64,000 nucleotides of DNA from Novosphingobium sp. (GCA_043756025.1 JAYURW010000094.1:13789-77788), one strand, 5' to 3'. Shown: positions 1 to 10,581, counted from the stretch's first letter. Numbers and translations: made by a program. Notes: generated by a model from the sequence alone, not told the origin.

Positions 1-1438
1 CCACCACCAGCGGCTTGCCAGTCAACGCAGCGACGTTGATCAGCGCGACCTGATCTGGCGGTAGCCGCAAATCGCGCCGATCGCCGCCAATCGCGCCGCG
101 CTCATTTGAGGAGCCATCCTCTCCCAGCGTCATTCCGCCGGGAATAAACTCGCCTTCCTCACGCGCGGTCAGCCCGGCCACCACCACTACGGCATCGGCG
201 GCGGCTGCGATTGCCTGCGCGGCATCAAGATCAGCCTCGGTTGCGTATTGGACGTTCTGCGCGCCGAGTTGTGCCTGCAGACCCGCAAGCGCCGTGACCA
301 CATCAGGGGGCCGGACCCGGCTCGAGCCATTGTCGCCGATATTCTCAAGCCCAGCCAAGCGCCCCAGCACGGCCAGCGTGCGGACTTTGGCTGGATCGAA
401 CGGCAAAGTGCCATCGTTAGCCAGCAGAACCGCCGATTTCTCGGCCGCCTCCAGCGCCAGCGCGCGGTGTGCGGCGCAAGCAATCAGGCTTTCGGGATAG
501 TCAGGGAGCGGGTCAGGCGCGGCCAGAAAACGGTACAGCGTTGTGAGAATCCGCGTCCCGGCCCGGTCAACAACCGCCGCGTCAATCTCGCCCCGTTCAA
601 CCGCTGCGGTCAGCTTTTCGCCGAACACCAACGGTTCCGGGTTTTCCACATCGAGCCCGGCAGCGGCCCCGCGAACCTCATAAACCCCTTTGATCCAGTC
701 CGAATGAACGAACCCGGCAAAGCCCCACTCCCCGCGCAACACGTCGGTCAGCAGGTGCGCGCTGTGGCCGCAATATTCGCCGCCCACCTTGTTATAGGCG
801 CTCATCACACTGCCGACCCCGGCGTCGATCACGGCTTTGAAGTGGGGCAGGTAAACTTCGTGCAGGGTCCGCTCTCCGGCCCGCACATCGACGGTGAAGC
901 GGGTGTTCTCCATCGAATTGAGCGCAAAGTGTTTGACCGTTGCGCAGACGTTGTGCGTCTGAATGCCGCAGGACAAGGCAGCCCCCATTGCACCCAGGTG
1001 ATGCGGGTCTTCACCATAGGTTTCCTGGGCCCGGCCCCACCCCGGGTGGCGTAGCAGATTGATGCAGACCGCACCCGACAGGTTGCAGTCCTGCGTCCGC
1101 GCTTCGATCCCCATCGCTTCGCCAATCCGGCGTTCCAGATCGATATCGAAACTGGCACCGCGCGCCATGGTGCAGGGAAAGCAGGTCGAATTGCCCCGCA
1201 CGACACCGCGCGGGCCATCGGTGAACCAGAACGAGGGCACACCCAGCCGCGCGATTCCGCCCCCAGCCCGATAAGGCCGCGCGCCAAACCGCCCGCCATC
1301 CTCGCGAAATGCCGCAAAGAAGCCGTGACCGGACATCATTTCGACTTTTTCTGAAAGCGTCGCGGCGGCGATGATCGAACCAACAGTGTCGGCGATTTCG
1401 CGGGCAGTCATCCCCTTGCGCGGGGCCAAGTTTGTCAT
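1..1438 (-). CDS. Glycoside hydrolase family 3 beta-glucosidase, truncated by the window edge
   Basis: Absent from the ORF track because it is open at the edge. Manual translation from ATG 1438 gives FTDGPRGV, RHPGWGRAQETYGEDP, KHFALNSMEN, GFVHSDW (nucleophile Asp) and GGDRRDLRLPPDQ, all GH3 motifs. Confidence 0.9.
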   Translation of the reverse strand, partial: MTNLAPRKGMTAREIADTVGSIIAAATLSEKVEMMSGHGFFAAFREDGGRFGARPYRAGGGIARLGVPSFWFTDGPRGVVRGNSTCFPCTMARGASFDIDLERRIGEAMGIEARTQDCNLSGAVCINLLRHPGWGRAQETYGEDPHHLGAMGAALSCGIQTHNVCATVKHFALNSMENTRFTVDVRAGERTLHEVYLPHFKAVIDAGVGSVMSAYNKVGGEYCGHSAHLLTDVLRGEWGFAGFVHSDWIKGVYEVRGAAAGLDVENPEPLVFGEKLTAAVERGEIDAAVVDRAGTRILTTLYRFLAAPDPLPDYPESLIACAAHRALALEAAEKSAVLLANDGTLPFDPAKVRTLAVLGRLAGLENIGDNGSSRVRPPDVVTALAGLQAQLGAQNVQYATEADLDAAQAIAAAADAVVVVAGLTAREEGEFIPGGMTLGEDGSSNERGAIGGDRRDLRLPPDQVALINVAALTGKPLVV

Positions 1439-1450
1439 CGCGAAGCCCGC

Positions 1451-2104
1451 TCAGCGCGCCGGATAGCGCAATCGCCCAAGCACCCGGGCCGGACTGAACA
1501 TTTCGTCGCGCGGGCGCAGCAGTTGGGCTTTGGCTTTCTCAAACTTCATGATCCCTTCGATCCGCCGGTCGAGAAACGCCTTGGTATCGGCATGACCTTC
1601 GCTGGTGTCGTTCACATAGACCGCCAGCGTTGCCGCATAGATCGAGCCCAGAGTCAGCCGTTTGGTATAGTGGTTGTAATCAGTCGCGGTGTCGCCCGCC
1701 AACCGCCACATGGCATCGGCGCTGCTCCAGCCAAGCGCCAGCGTGCGCAGAGCGTTTTGCGGCAAGGCCATGATCGACAGCGCGCGGCGCAGCGCCTCTT
1801 TCTGGTGCAGGATCGCATCAAGCCGGAATTGCACCAGCGTGCGGATCCGTTCGCGAATTTTAAGCGTAGCGATCTGATCGGCTGGCAAGGCGGCCTGCAT
1901 GGCAGCATCGACGCTGCGCACCCAAGCCTCAATCATCTCCATCGCCCCGTCTGAAAAGGCGAACTGCGCGGCTGCCGGATCGACACCGGCGGATGTGGCT
2001 GCAGCGTGCACCGCCGTCTCGCTCCAGCCGTCAAAGGCTACGGCATCGGCAATGGCGGGGGCAAGCTGGAGCCGCAATTCAGCGAGGTTGGCGGGCTGAT
2101 CCAT
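1451..2104 (-). CDS. COQ9-family (ubiquinone biosynthesis-like) lipid-binding protein
   Basis: AFDGWS, LKIRERI and AGDTATDYNHYTKR motifs typical of bacterial COQ9. Start is 2104 or 2110. Confidence 0.85.
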   Translation of the reverse strand: MDQPANLAELRLQLAPAIADAVAFDGWSETAVHAAATSAGVDPAAAQFAFSDGAMEMIEAWVRSVDAAMQAALPADQIATLKIRERIRTLVQFRLDAILHQKEALRRALSIMALPQNALRTLALGWSSADAMWRLAGDTATDYNHYTKRLTLGSIYAATLAVYVNDTSEGHADTKAFLDRRIEGIMKFEKAKAQLLRPRDEMFSPARVLGRLRYPAR

Positions 2105-2106
2105 AG

Positions 2107-2763
2107 TCAAAACTTTGGCCCATAGACTTTGCCGCCCGCGCCCGATTGTGTCTTCGGCTTGGTATCGCTGGCAATCACGGTGAGGATCGCAGCATTATCC
2201 GCCAGCCGGGCATATTCACGGGCGGAACGGCCGGAATTATCAGCCCGGTCTGGATCAGCCCCGGCCCGCAGCAGGATCCGGATCAGCGGCATATTGCGGT
2301 TATGCACCGCCGTGATCAGCGGGGTTTCGCCCGAATTGTTCGATTCATCGACCCGCGCGCCATGGCCAATCAGCAGTTCGACCCCTTCGATCCAGTTGAG
2401 ATTGGTCGCCGCGACCAGCGGAGTGACCCCGCGCGCATTGCTGACGTTGACTTTGCCACCCCGCGAAATCAGCCAATCCAGCCAGGCCAGATCGCGCCGC
2501 GCCGTAACAATATGCAGGGCGGTGTCGCCGGTAGTTATGTCGCGGGTATTGACCAGATTAGGGCTGCCCTTGTCGAGCATCTCGTTGACTTCGGACAGTT
2601 CCTTTTTCTTGACCGCTTCAAGGAACTTGTAGCTTTCAGAAAACTGGGCGGCGGCCGGGCTGGGCAGCGCTGTCAGCACCACCATCGGGGCGGCCAAGGC
2701 CAGAGCCAGTCTGCGATAATTCGACACGGAAATGATTCTCCTGTTGCTTGAGCGCCGCGCCAA
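2107..2763 (-). CDS. Exported ankyrin-repeat protein
   Basis: Signal-peptide-like N-terminus and ankyrin repeats GDTALH, GVTPL and GETPLITAV. Confidence 0.85.
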   Translation of the reverse strand: MARRSSNRRIISVSNYRRLALALAAPMVVLTALPSPAAAQFSESYKFLEAVKKKELSEVNEMLDKGSPNLVNTRDITTGDTALHIVTARRDLAWLDWLISRGGKVNVSNARGVTPLVAATNLNWIEGVELLIGHGARVDESNNSGETPLITAVHNRNMPLIRILLRAGADPDRADNSGRSAREYARLADNAAILTVIASDTKPKTQSGAGGKVYGPKF

Positions 2764-2815
2764 GAATCACCAGCACAGCCCCAAACGCACCTTGCGCACC
2801 GGAGTTTAGCAGAGC

Positions 2816-3451
2816 ATGAACCGGCGCGCCATGACGAAGCCATTTCTTGCCATCGCGCTATGCGCTGCCGCTGTCCCGCTCAGCGCGTGTTCCCAGCAGC
2901 AACCCGCCGCCAAGGCCCAGCAGATCGAGGGCACTGCGCTGGATGGTGCGGCGATCGGCGGACCGTTCACGCTCTACGACAAGGCCGGCAAGCGGGTCAG
3001 CTGGGATGATTTCAAAGGCAAATACCGGATCGTCTATTTCGGCTACACCTATTGCCCCGATGCCTGCCCGATGGACATGAGCGTGCTGATCAACGGATTT
3101 AACCTGTTCGCCAAGGATCACCCGGGCCAAGCCGCACAGGTTCAGCCGATCTTTATTACTATTGATCCGGCGCGCGACACTGCAGCCCGGGTCGCAGAAT
3201 TCACCGCCGCCTTCTCACCAAAGTTGATCGGGCTGACCGGCAGCCAGGCCGAAGTTGATGTTGCAGTCAAAGCTTTCAAAGCGGTGGCCAAGCGCGGCAC
3301 CGATACGCCCGGTGGCTATCTGATGGATCACAGCCGGATGGCCTATCTGATGGGCCGGAATGGCGAGCCGATTGCCGCGCTGCCGGTCGATCTGGGGACC
3401 ACGCGCGGGCCTGCGGCGGTCGCCGCCGATCTGGCCAAACTGGTCCAGTGA
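2816..3451 (+). CDS. SCO1/SenC copper chaperone, lipoprotein
   Basis: Lipobox [15 protein letters not shown] (CxxxC), ITIDPARD and conserved DHS. Confidence 0.92.
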   Translation: MNRRAMTKPFLAIALCAAAVPLSACSQQQPAAKAQQIEGTALDGAAIGGPFTLYDKAGKRVSWDDFKGKYRIVYFGYTYCPDACPMDMSVLINGFNLFAKDHPGQAAQVQPIFITIDPARDTAARVAEFTAAFSPKLIGLTGSQAEVDVAVKAFKAVAKRGTDTPGGYLMDHSRMAYLMGRNGEPIAALPVDLGTTRGPAAVAADLAKLVQ

Positions 3452-3897
3452 GGGACCGCTTCTGGACGCTGCCGATCGAGGCGCTTTCCAAGCCTGAGTG
3501 GGAAGCGCTGTGCGATGGCTGCGGCCAATGCTGCCTGCACAAGGCCGAAGACGAAGACACCGGCGATATCTATCAGACCAACGTCGCCTGCCGCCTGCTC
3601 GATATCCCGTCGGCGCGGTGCAGCGATTACAAAGACCGCAAAGCGCAAGTGCCCGATTGCGTTCGGCTGACGCCAAAGCTGGCCCGGACCCTGCCCTGGC
3701 TGCCCGATAGCTGCGCCTATCGGCTGCGCGCCGATGGGCAGCCGCTGGCCGACTGGCATTATCTGCTCAGCGGCGATCCCGAAGCGGTTCACCGCGCCGG
3801 GATATCGGTGCGGGGGAGAGCGATCCCCGAGGCGCTGGCCGGGCCGCTCGAAAACCATATAATCTTGCCGCCGGGCATGGAACTGGCCGATGATTGA
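3448..3897 (+). CDS. YcgN-family cysteine-cluster protein
   Basis: [25 protein letters not shown] and WLPDSCAYR. Confidence 0.9.
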   Translation: MRDRFWTLPIEALSKPEWEALCDGCGQCCLHKAEDEDTGDIYQTNVACRLLDIPSARCSDYKDRKAQVPDCVRLTPKLARTLPWLPDSCAYRLRADGQPLADWHYLLSGDPEAVHRAGISVRGRAIPEALAGPLENHIILPPGMELADD

Positions 3898-4615
3898 GTG
3901 GCTTTTGAAAGGCAAAGGGGAAGACCCGCAGGTCGAAGTGGCCGGACGGATGATCCCGCTGGTGCTGCGCCGCACAGCCCAAGCAAAACGGATGACCATG
4001 CGGCTGGCTCCCGATGGCAGCGAAGTGCGGATCACTCTGCCGCCATGGGGCCGCAGCGCCGAAGCGCTCGAGTTCGCCCAAAAACGCGCCGGGTGGCTGG
4101 CCGGGCAATTGGCCGCCGTGCCCGAGGCGGCAGTGCTGGGAGACGGCGCGGCGCTGCCCTATCTGGGCCAGCTCCACACTATCGCCCATAATCCCAGCGC
4201 CCCGCGCCGGATCCGTCCTGACGAAGGCACGCTGCATATTGGCGGTCCAGCCGAATCGCTCTCCCCGCGGCTCAGCCGCTGGTTGCAAGGCGAGGCGCGG
4301 CGGCTGCTGAGCGAGGACCTGGCGCATTACTGCACAGTGGCACAGCAACCCACCCCGCGGCTGATGCTGAGCAGTGCCCGCCGCCGCTGGGGTTCCTGCG
4401 CCCATAACGGCACGATCCGGATCAATTGGCGGCTGGTGATGGCCCCCGGCTTTGTCCGCCGGTCCGTGGTGGCGCACGAGGTAGCGCATCTCATCCACTT
4501 CGATCACAGCCCGGCGTTCCACGCGTTGCTCGACCAGATTTACGAGCACGATGTGCGCGCGGCGAATCGCTGGCTCAAGCGCGAAGGGCGGCAACTCTAT
4601 GCCCCGCTTGGGTAA
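3890..4615 (+). CDS. M48/YgjP-like (DUF45) zinc metallohydrolase
   Basis: RRWGSC, INWRL and [15 protein letters not shown] (HExxH). Confidence 0.88.
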   Translation: MIEWLLKGKGEDPQVEVAGRMIPLVLRRTAQAKRMTMRLAPDGSEVRITLPPWGRSAEALEFAQKRAGWLAGQLAAVPEAAVLGDGAALPYLGQLHTIAHNPSAPRRIRPDEGTLHIGGPAESLSPRLSRWLQGEARRLLSEDLAHYCTVAQQPTPRLMLSSARRRWGSCAHNGTIRINWRLVMAPGFVRRSVVAHEVAHLIHFDHSPAFHALLDQIYEHDVRAANRWLKREGRQLYAPLG

Positions 4616-4621
4616 TTTTGC

Positions 4622-4637
4622 GTAACGCCGAATTAAC
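4622..4637 (+). promoter_or_regulatory. Candidate CtrA box upstream of the DUF4402-like gene
   Basis: GTAA-CGCCGAA-TTAAC, one mismatch to TTAA-N7-TTAAC. Confidence 0.5.
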
Positions 4638-4662
4638 TATAATCCGCGATTTTAGTGGGACG

Positions 4663-5169
4663 ATGCGGTTCCTTGCCTTTGCCCTTGCAGCAGTTTCGCT
4701 GTCAGCCTTGCCCGCCACAGGGCAAGAAGCTTGCCGGCTGTGCTATAGCGAGCCCGGCGCCAAGCCCGGCGAACGCCCGCTGACTATCGAAATCTGGGCC
4801 GACTTGTCTTTTGCCAAGCTGGCCCTGACCAGCCGCAACGGCGGCAGCGCCGAGGTTGACGCGCAGACCGGCAGCAAATCAACCCAAGGCGATATGATCA
4901 GCCTGGGCGGAACTCCGGTTACCGGCCACGGACGAATTACCGGCGATCCCTTGCGCGCGGTGCGGATTGATCTGCCTTCGCGGGTGCCGATGAACACGCC
5001 CGACGGCGGCAGCGCCGAATTGACCGATTTCACGATCAGCCTGCCCCCCAACCCGCAGCTCAACGCCAATGGCGAACTGGAATTCAGCTTCGGCGCGCGG
5101 TTGGTGGTCAAAGGCGGGCGCGGCGGAAATTATCGCGGTCGGATCCCGATTTCAGTCGATTACAACTGA
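4663..5169 (+). CDS. Secreted DUF4402-like / spore-coat-U-like beta protein
   Basis: Signal peptide from ATG 4663, LSFAKL motif, and C-terminal FSFGARL...GNYRGRIPISVDYN. Confidence 0.65.
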   Translation: MRFLAFALAAVSLSALPATGQEACRLCYSEPGAKPGERPLTIEIWADLSFAKLALTSRNGGSAEVDAQTGSKSTQGDMISLGGTPVTGHGRITGDPLRAVRIDLPSRVPMNTPDGGSAELTDFTISLPPNPQLNANGELEFSFGARLVVKGGRGGNYRGRIPISVDYN

Positions 5170-5208
5170 ACACTAGCGCGCCCGCCGCATGAGCCCTATC
5201 TTGCGGTC

Positions 5209-5661
5209 ATGTCCTATTGGCAAAAGATCAATCCTGGCGGCGCGATGTCTGACATCGTCACCGTGTTCCGCGATGCCGGATCAAAGCGTTGGCCGATCGC
5301 ACTGGTTTCAGCGGCGATCACGGTGGGGGTGTTTTCCACCCTGACTTATGAAAGCTGGAAAATTCCGCGGGCTTTGCCCACGGTAGTTTATATCACCTCC
5401 TGGCCCGAAGACCGGACCCCGGCTGAAACCGCCGCGTTCATCAAGGCCAACCAGCAGGCCAAGGACGAACAGGCGGCCCGGATCGAAGCCTACGATGCCG
5501 AAGGCCGCAAACTGTGGGCCACGGTCGGCAAGGCATCGGGCCTGAATGTCGACAAGATGCAAAAGCAGGCCGATGCCGAACGCGCCGCTGATAAAGCCAA
5601 GCAAAAGGCTGAAACCGACGCGCTGCTAAAACAGGTCAAGGTAGAACCGCTTGCCCAATAG
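5209..5661 (+). CDS. Hypothetical single-TM membrane protein
   Basis: Clean ORF with one TM segment and a YITSW...R motif; overlaps the ribD start. Confidence 0.75.
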   Translation: MSYWQKINPGGAMSDIVTVFRDAGSKRWPIALVSAAITVGVFSTLTYESWKIPRALPTVVYITSWPEDRTPAETAAFIKANQQAKDEQAARIEAYDAEGRKLWATVGKASGLNVDKMQKQADAERAADKAKQKAETDALLKQVKVEPLAQ

Positions 5662-6616
5662 CGTCGATGCTCGCTGGCTGGGCGCGGCGGCGCGGCTGGC
5701 GGCCCGGGGGATGCCGCTGTCCCGGCCCAATCCCTCAGTCGGCGCGCTGTTGATCCACGATGACAGGGTGATCGCGCGCGGCTGGACCCAGCCGGGCGGC
5801 CGCCCCCATGCCGAAGCGGTGGCGCTGGCCGCGGCAGGCGATGCCGCGCGCGGCGCAACCCTTTACGTTACGCTCGAACCTTGCGCCCATGCCAGCCCGC
5901 GCGGCCCTGATTGCGCCGGATTGGTCGCGGCCAGCGGCGTGGCGCGGGTGGTGATCGGCTGCTGCGATCCCGATCCGCGCACCGCCGGAGCAGGCGCGGA
6001 CCGCTTGCGCGCGGCGGGGATCGCAGTGACCGAAGCTGATAATCCCGAATGCCGCGCCAGCCTGATCGGCTACCTGACCTGCGCTAAACAGCACCGCCCG
6101 CATGTGACACTGAAACTGGCGCTGTCGGCTGATGGCCACCTCGCCCCGCCGCCGGGCGAGGGCCAATGGTTGACCGGGCCGATTGCACGCGCGCATGTTC
6201 ACGCGCAGCGGGCGCGGATGGACGCCATAATTGTTGGCCGGGGCACGCTGGAGGCGGATCAACCCCGGCTCGACGTGCGTCTACTGGGGATCGCGGATCG
6301 CAGCCCGGCGCGCTGGCTGCTGACCCGTGGCGTTGCACCCGAAGGCTGGAAAGCTCTGCCTGAACCGGCGGCGATTTCGGCGATGGACGGCGTGCAGTAT
6401 CTGATGGTCGAGGGCGGCGCGGGGGCGGCGCAGGCCTTCCTCGATGCCGGTCTGGTTGACCGCTTGCTGCTATATCGCGCGCCGCCAGTGGTGAAGGGCA
6501 ATGGCCCCGCCCTGCCCCAGCTAACCCAAGCGGCGCTGGCTGGATCGCCGGATTGGCGGCTGACTGACTCGCGCCCGCTTGGCAATGACACGCTGCAAGT
6601 CTACGAGCACAGCTAA
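5651..6616 (+). CDS. ribD: Riboflavin biosynthesis deaminase/reductase
   Basis: PNPSVG, RPHAE, YVTLEPC...C zinc motifs and LMVEGGA. Confidence 0.95.
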   Translation: MPNSVDARWLGAAARLAARGMPLSRPNPSVGALLIHDDRVIARGWTQPGGRPHAEAVALAAAGDAARGATLYVTLEPCAHASPRGPDCAGLVAASGVARVVIGCCDPDPRTAGAGADRLRAAGIAVTEADNPECRASLIGYLTCAKQHRPHVTLKLALSADGHLAPPPGEGQWLTGPIARAHVHAQRARMDAIIVGRGTLEADQPRLDVRLLGIADRSPARWLLTRGVAPEGWKALPEPAAISAMDGVQYLMVEGGAGAAQAFLDAGLVDRLLLYRAPPVVKGNGPALPQLTQAALAGSPDWRLTDSRPLGNDTLQVYEHS

Positions 6617-7233
6617 TGTTTACCGGAATCATCACTGCCATCGGCACTATCCGCGACGTGCGCGAAGCTGGCGACCTGCGCGCCGTCATCGCCTGCTCCT
6701 ATGATCCTGCCGCGATTGCTATCGGCGCCTCGATCGCCTGCTCGGGCGTCTGCCTGACAGTGGTCGAGCGCGGAGGCACGGCTGGCGACGCCTGGTTCGC
6801 GGTCGATATCTCGGGCGAGACTGTCAGCTGCACCGCAGCCGGACAATGGACCGCCGGGCGCAAACTCAACCTCGAACAGGCCCTGAAACTGGGTGACGAA
6901 CTGGGCGGGCACATCGTGACCGGTCATGTCGATGCCGTTGGGCGGGTCGCTGTACGTGAGGAGGTCGGCGGATCGCTTCACGTGGCGATCACCACCACCG
7001 CTGAAATCGCGCCATTCGTGGCCCCCAAGGGTTCGATCACGGTCAATGGCGTGTCACTTACGGTCAACGCGGTGGGCGATCACGCCGATGGTAGCTGCAC
7101 GTTCCACCTCAACCTGATCCCCCATACTGCCGGTGTTACCACTCTGGGCAGTCTGGCGGTGGGCGACAGCGTGAATCTCGAAATCGACGTGCTGGCGCGC
7201 TATCTGCAACGGATGCAGAGCCTCAGAGGCTGA
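6616..7233 (+). CDS. ribE: Riboflavin synthase alpha chain
   Basis: MFTGII N-terminus, GVCLTV, GGHIVTGHVD and VNLEID. Confidence 0.96.
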   Translation: MFTGIITAIGTIRDVREAGDLRAVIACSYDPAAIAIGASIACSGVCLTVVERGGTAGDAWFAVDISGETVSCTAAGQWTAGRKLNLEQALKLGDELGGHIVTGHVDAVGRVAVREEVGGSLHVAITTTAEIAPFVAPKGSITVNGVSLTVNAVGDHADGSCTFHLNLIPHTAGVTTLGSLAVGDSVNLEIDVLARYLQRMQSLRG

Positions 7234-7765
7234 GCGGGCCGGTTGCAAACCCTTCCCGGGTGATTTCATAAACCACATGGCGCATCGGAACGGTCGGCGT
7301 TTCGACCATTTCGCTGCGCCCGGTCAGCCGTCCGCCGACTTTTTCCATCGCCCGGCACGAGCGCAGGTTGCTCTCCCCGACCCGGAATTCGACCCGAGCG
7401 ACAAAGCCGAAAGCATGATCCAGCATCAGTCGTTTCAACTCGCGGTTGGTCTCGCCGCCCCAATAGCTGCGGGCCAGAAAAGTCCAGCCGATCTCCACCG
7501 CGCCGCCATCGGCCCGGTCATCGAGCTTGTATTGCGAAGACCCGATCAGCGCACCACTGCGCCGGTCCATCACCGCCAAGGCCCCACCGCTGGCCAGTGC
7601 ATTGGCAAAGAAGGTGCGAAACACCGGCTCTTGCCACCGGTTTGGCTGAGGGTGAATGGCCCAGATCACTGGATCACTGGCGACGGCAAACAACGCGTCC
7701 CAATCTTCCGCGCACAGCGGGCGGAGCAGCAGCCGCTCCCCTTCAAGGACCGGCTGGCGGTCCAT
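7223..7765 (-). CDS. GNAT (RimJ-like) acetyltransferase
   Basis: EIGWTFLARSYWGG and NLRSCRAMEKVGG. Confidence 0.88.
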   Translation of the reverse strand: MDRQPVLEGERLLLRPLCAEDWDALFAVASDPVIWAIHPQPNRWQEPVFRTFFANALASGGALAVMDRRSGALIGSSQYKLDDRADGGAVEIGWTFLARSYWGGETNRELKRLMLDHAFGFVARVEFRVGESNLRSCRAMEKVGGRLTGRSEMVETPTVPMRHVVYEITREGFATGPLSL

Positions 7766-7766
7766 T

Positions 7767-8945
7767 TCAGGCGCTCACCGCGGCAACAGCGGCGATGAAC
7801 CTGTCGATGTTGGCCATAGTCAGCCCGGCTGCGTTGATCCGGCCTGATCCGGCCATGTAGATGCCATTATTCGAGCGCAGCTGCTGGATTTGTTCAGGCG
7901 ACAGCGGCAACATCGAGAATAGCCCGTTCTGGCGGCCAATCGGGGCAAAATCGACCCCGCCCTGCTGGCCTGCTGCGGCCAGCCGCGCGCGAACCTGAGC
8001 GATCCGGGTTCGCATCGTTTCCAGCTCGTCCAGCCACAACGCGGTCAGCGCCGGATCTTCCAGAATCAGCCGAACCGCCGCGCCGCCATGATCGGGCGGC
8101 ATTGACCAGGCCGCGCGGGCCAGTGCGTGGCCGTTCGACAGCACCCGGTTCATCACCGCCGCATCTTCAGCCATGACATAGATCGCGCCGACCCGGTCGC
8201 GGTACATCCCGAAATTCTTGTCACACGAATAGGCAATCAGCGCCTCGGGCACTGCGGCCAGCACCCGGCGCACGCCATAGGCGTCTTCTTCCATCCCTTT
8301 GCCCAGCCCCTGATAGGCCAGATCAAGGATCGGCAGCAGCCTGGCGGCGGCAATCAGCAGCGCAATCTCGTCCCACTGCGCAGGGGAATAATCGATGCCG
8401 GTCGGATTGTGGCAGCAACCGTGCAGCAGGATCGCATCGCCCGGGGCCGCTTCGGCAATCGCCGCCCGTAGCGCGTCCATATCGGTCACGCCAGATTTGG
8501 CGGCGTGGGCGAAAGTCTTTAGCTCTATCTCCAGATCGGCATAAATTTGTGCGTGGTTGGGCCAGCTCGGCAAACCCATCCAGACCCGCGACACGCCCGC
8601 CTTTTTCGCCAGTGCCGCGGCCAGCCGCACCGCGCCGGTCCCGCCGGGCGCCTGCATTCCTTCGATGCGGCCCGACATCGTCGGATCGTCTGCGCCAAAG
8701 ATGTACGGCATCAGCGCGTGGACAAAGCCCATATCACCTTCGGGGCCGAGGTAAGATTTGGAATCCTGCGTATCGACCAGCCTTTGCTCAGCTGCCTTGA
8801 TCGCCCCGAACACCGGGGTTGCGCCCTGCCCGGTGCGGTAAACGCCGACACCCAGATCGATCTTGTCGGTCCGCGGATCGTCGTTGTGGAGCTTGATCAG
8901 CGCGAGCAGCGCGTCGGCGGGTTGTTGTGCAAGGTTGCTGAGCAT
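7767..8945 (-). CDS. tyrB: Aromatic amino acid/aspartate aminotransferase (class I PLP)
   Basis: KIDLGVGVY, LHGCCHNPTG, DLAYQG and SCDKNFGMYRDRVG. Likely start is ATG 8945. Confidence 0.92.
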   Translation of the reverse strand: MLSNLAQQPADALLALIKLHNDDPRTDKIDLGVGVYRTGQGATPVFGAIKAAEQRLVDTQDSKSYLGPEGDMGFVHALMPYIFGADDPTMSGRIEGMQAPGGTGAVRLAAALAKKAGVSRVWMGLPSWPNHAQIYADLEIELKTFAHAAKSGVTDMDALRAAIAEAAPGDAILLHGCCHNPTGIDYSPAQWDEIALLIAAARLLPILDLAYQGLGKGMEEDAYGVRRVLAAVPEALIAYSCDKNFGMYRDRVGAIYVMAEDAAVMNRVLSNGHALARAAWSMPPDHGGAAVRLILEDPALTALWLDELETMRTRIAQVRARLAAAGQQGGVDFAPIGRQNGLFSMLPLSPEQIQQLRSNNGIYMAGSGRINAAGLTMANIDRFIAAVAAVSA

Positions 8946-9045
8946 AATGGCGCGGGCCTTAACCTTCGTGGCTGCACCGGGGCAAGCAGAGAATTGCCCG
9001 GATCGCCGCTTGCTTGCCGCCCCCGCCCGGCCCAAGGGAAAGCCT

Positions 9046-9483
9046 ATGCTGAACCCTGTCCCGCTACCCGACCTGCCCCGCAACCTCAAAAGCGCGCTGT
9101 GGCGCGGGATCAAAGGCCAGTGCCCGCGTTGCGGACAAGCCCGGCTGTTCGGAAAATACCTCAAACCGGTGGCGCTGTGCCCATCCTGCCAGCAGGATTG
9201 GACACTGCATCAGGCCGATGATTTCCCGCCCTATGTCTCGATCATCCTGACCGGACACCTGATTGCTCCGCTGCTGATCCTGATCGGCGGCAGTGCGGCG
9301 CTGACCATGGGCGTCAAGATCGCGTTGGCGATGGTGCTGGCCGGGGCGCTGATGCTGGCGCTGCTGCAACCCGCCAAAGGCGCGATAATCGCGCTGCAAT
9401 GGTGGATGGGAATGCACGGGTTTCGCCCCGCCGGACGCGATGAAGCCGGAGCCTTGCTGCCGCCCGCGCCTGAAAGCCCCTAG
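9046..9483 (+). CDS. DUF983 zinc-ribbon membrane protein
   Basis: CPRCGQARLF..CPSC, ADDFPPY and PAKGAIIALQW. Confidence 0.85.
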   Translation: MLNPVPLPDLPRNLKSALWRGIKGQCPRCGQARLFGKYLKPVALCPSCQQDWTLHQADDFPPYVSIILTGHLIAPLLILIGGSAALTMGVKIALAMVLAGALMLALLQPAKGAIIALQWWMGMHGFRPAGRDEAGALLPPAPESP

Positions 9484-10223
9484 AACGGCAGCCAGCGCTG
9501 CTTCTTCGAAAACCGCATATACCCGGCGTTGACCCCCAACCGCAGGCCGGCTCCCACCCGGATCGGGATCAACACCACGTTTTTGCTGCGCATATAGGAA
9601 ATGTTGAACCCGCCAACCAGATAGGCTTGGCCCTCGCCTGCAGGGAAGCGCTTGTAGATGTCTTCGCTGTTGTACAGGTTATAAACCAGCACAAACGCGC
9701 TGCCGGCATTGGCCCCGGCATCGAAACCGATTGATGGGCCGGTCCAGTAAACCGGACGCTCGCCCTCAATCTTGTGATGCAAAGTGCCCGAGCCATAGCG
9801 CACCCCAACCACCAGCGCGCCGCCGCCTTCGCGCCCGGTAATATAGGCATTGGGTTCGCCCTGCTTTTTGAGCAGATTTTCAATTACTCCGGCCAGACCC
9901 GAGGCACCCTTGCCAAACACGCCTTCAGCTGCGCCGATCAGATCGTCTTGCTGGTAAGTCCCGCTATTGGTGGCTGGACCAGATTGGGTCGACGCGGGGT
10001 CAACCGAGCCGGGCAGCGGCTCGGGCGAATCAGGCACGCTCGCCGGTGTGATTGTCGGCTGGGGACTGGGCGCAGAAGCGGGCGCTCCCGGCGGCACCGA
10101 CAAGTCGCCGTCAATCGCCCGGTCCGGGTCAACCGGCTGGACCTGCGCCGGTGCAGCGACCGAGCCGATCAGCGCAACCGCTCCCAAAACCGAGATAAGC
10201 GCGGCGCGCGCGCTGCGGGTCAT
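9480..10223 (-). CDS. eipA: EipA / DUF1134 envelope integrity protein
   Basis: Signal peptide, Pro-rich linker, GEPNAYITGREGGGA, VYWTGPSIGFD and C-terminal WLPF. Confidence 0.85.
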   Translation of the reverse strand: MTRSARAALISVLGAVALIGSVAAPAQVQPVDPDRAIDGDLSVPPGAPASAPSPQPTITPASVPDSPEPLPGSVDPASTQSGPATNSGTYQQDDLIGAAEGVFGKGASGLAGVIENLLKKQGEPNAYITGREGGGALVVGVRYGSGTLHHKIEGERPVYWTGPSIGFDAGANAGSAFVLVYNLYNSEDIYKRFPAGEGQAYLVGGFNISYMRSKNVVLIPIRVGAGLRLGVNAGYMRFSKKQRWLPF

Positions 10224-10379
10224 GCCGACGATCATAGCGGTTATCCTCCCAACTGGAACCGCTTCATGCAACCTTGGCAGATTGCCCGGCAATGAACCGG
10301 CGGCAGGGCGAGTCGGTTTTGCGGTCAGCCGAGTCTGTGCTGCGGTAAATCGCCCACATAAATTCCGCTCCAACCCCTC

Positions 10380-10408
10380 TTGCCGCCTGCCCGACCCCCG
10401 GCTATAGG
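10380..10408 (+). promoter_or_regulatory. Sigma70-type promoter of the tRNA gene
   Basis: TTGCCG-N17-TATAGG just upstream of the tRNA. Confidence 0.55.
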
Positions 10409-10429
10409 CCGCCTTCGCTGCTGCAATCC

Positions 10430-10521
10430 GGAGACGTGGGTGAGTGGCTGAAACCAACGGTTTGCTAAACCGTCGTACTGATAATTCGGTACCGAGAGTT
10501 CGAATCTCTCCGTCTCCGCCA
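10430..10521 (+). tRNA. tRNA-Ser(GCT)
   Basis: Acceptor stem GGAGACG/CGTCTCC, anticodon arm ACGGT-TTGCTAA-ACCGT, long variable arm, TTCGAAT T-loop and encoded CCA. Confidence 0.97.
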
Positions 10522-10581
10522 AAATCTCAGCCGCGAAGTGGACATGGTCCCTGCGGGGAATTCAGGTCGCTCCTGGTGCCG

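Noticed and set aside
5170-5650. FMN riboswitch upstream of ribD-ribE
   Set aside because: The region is occupied by a coding gene and no RFN consensus is visible.
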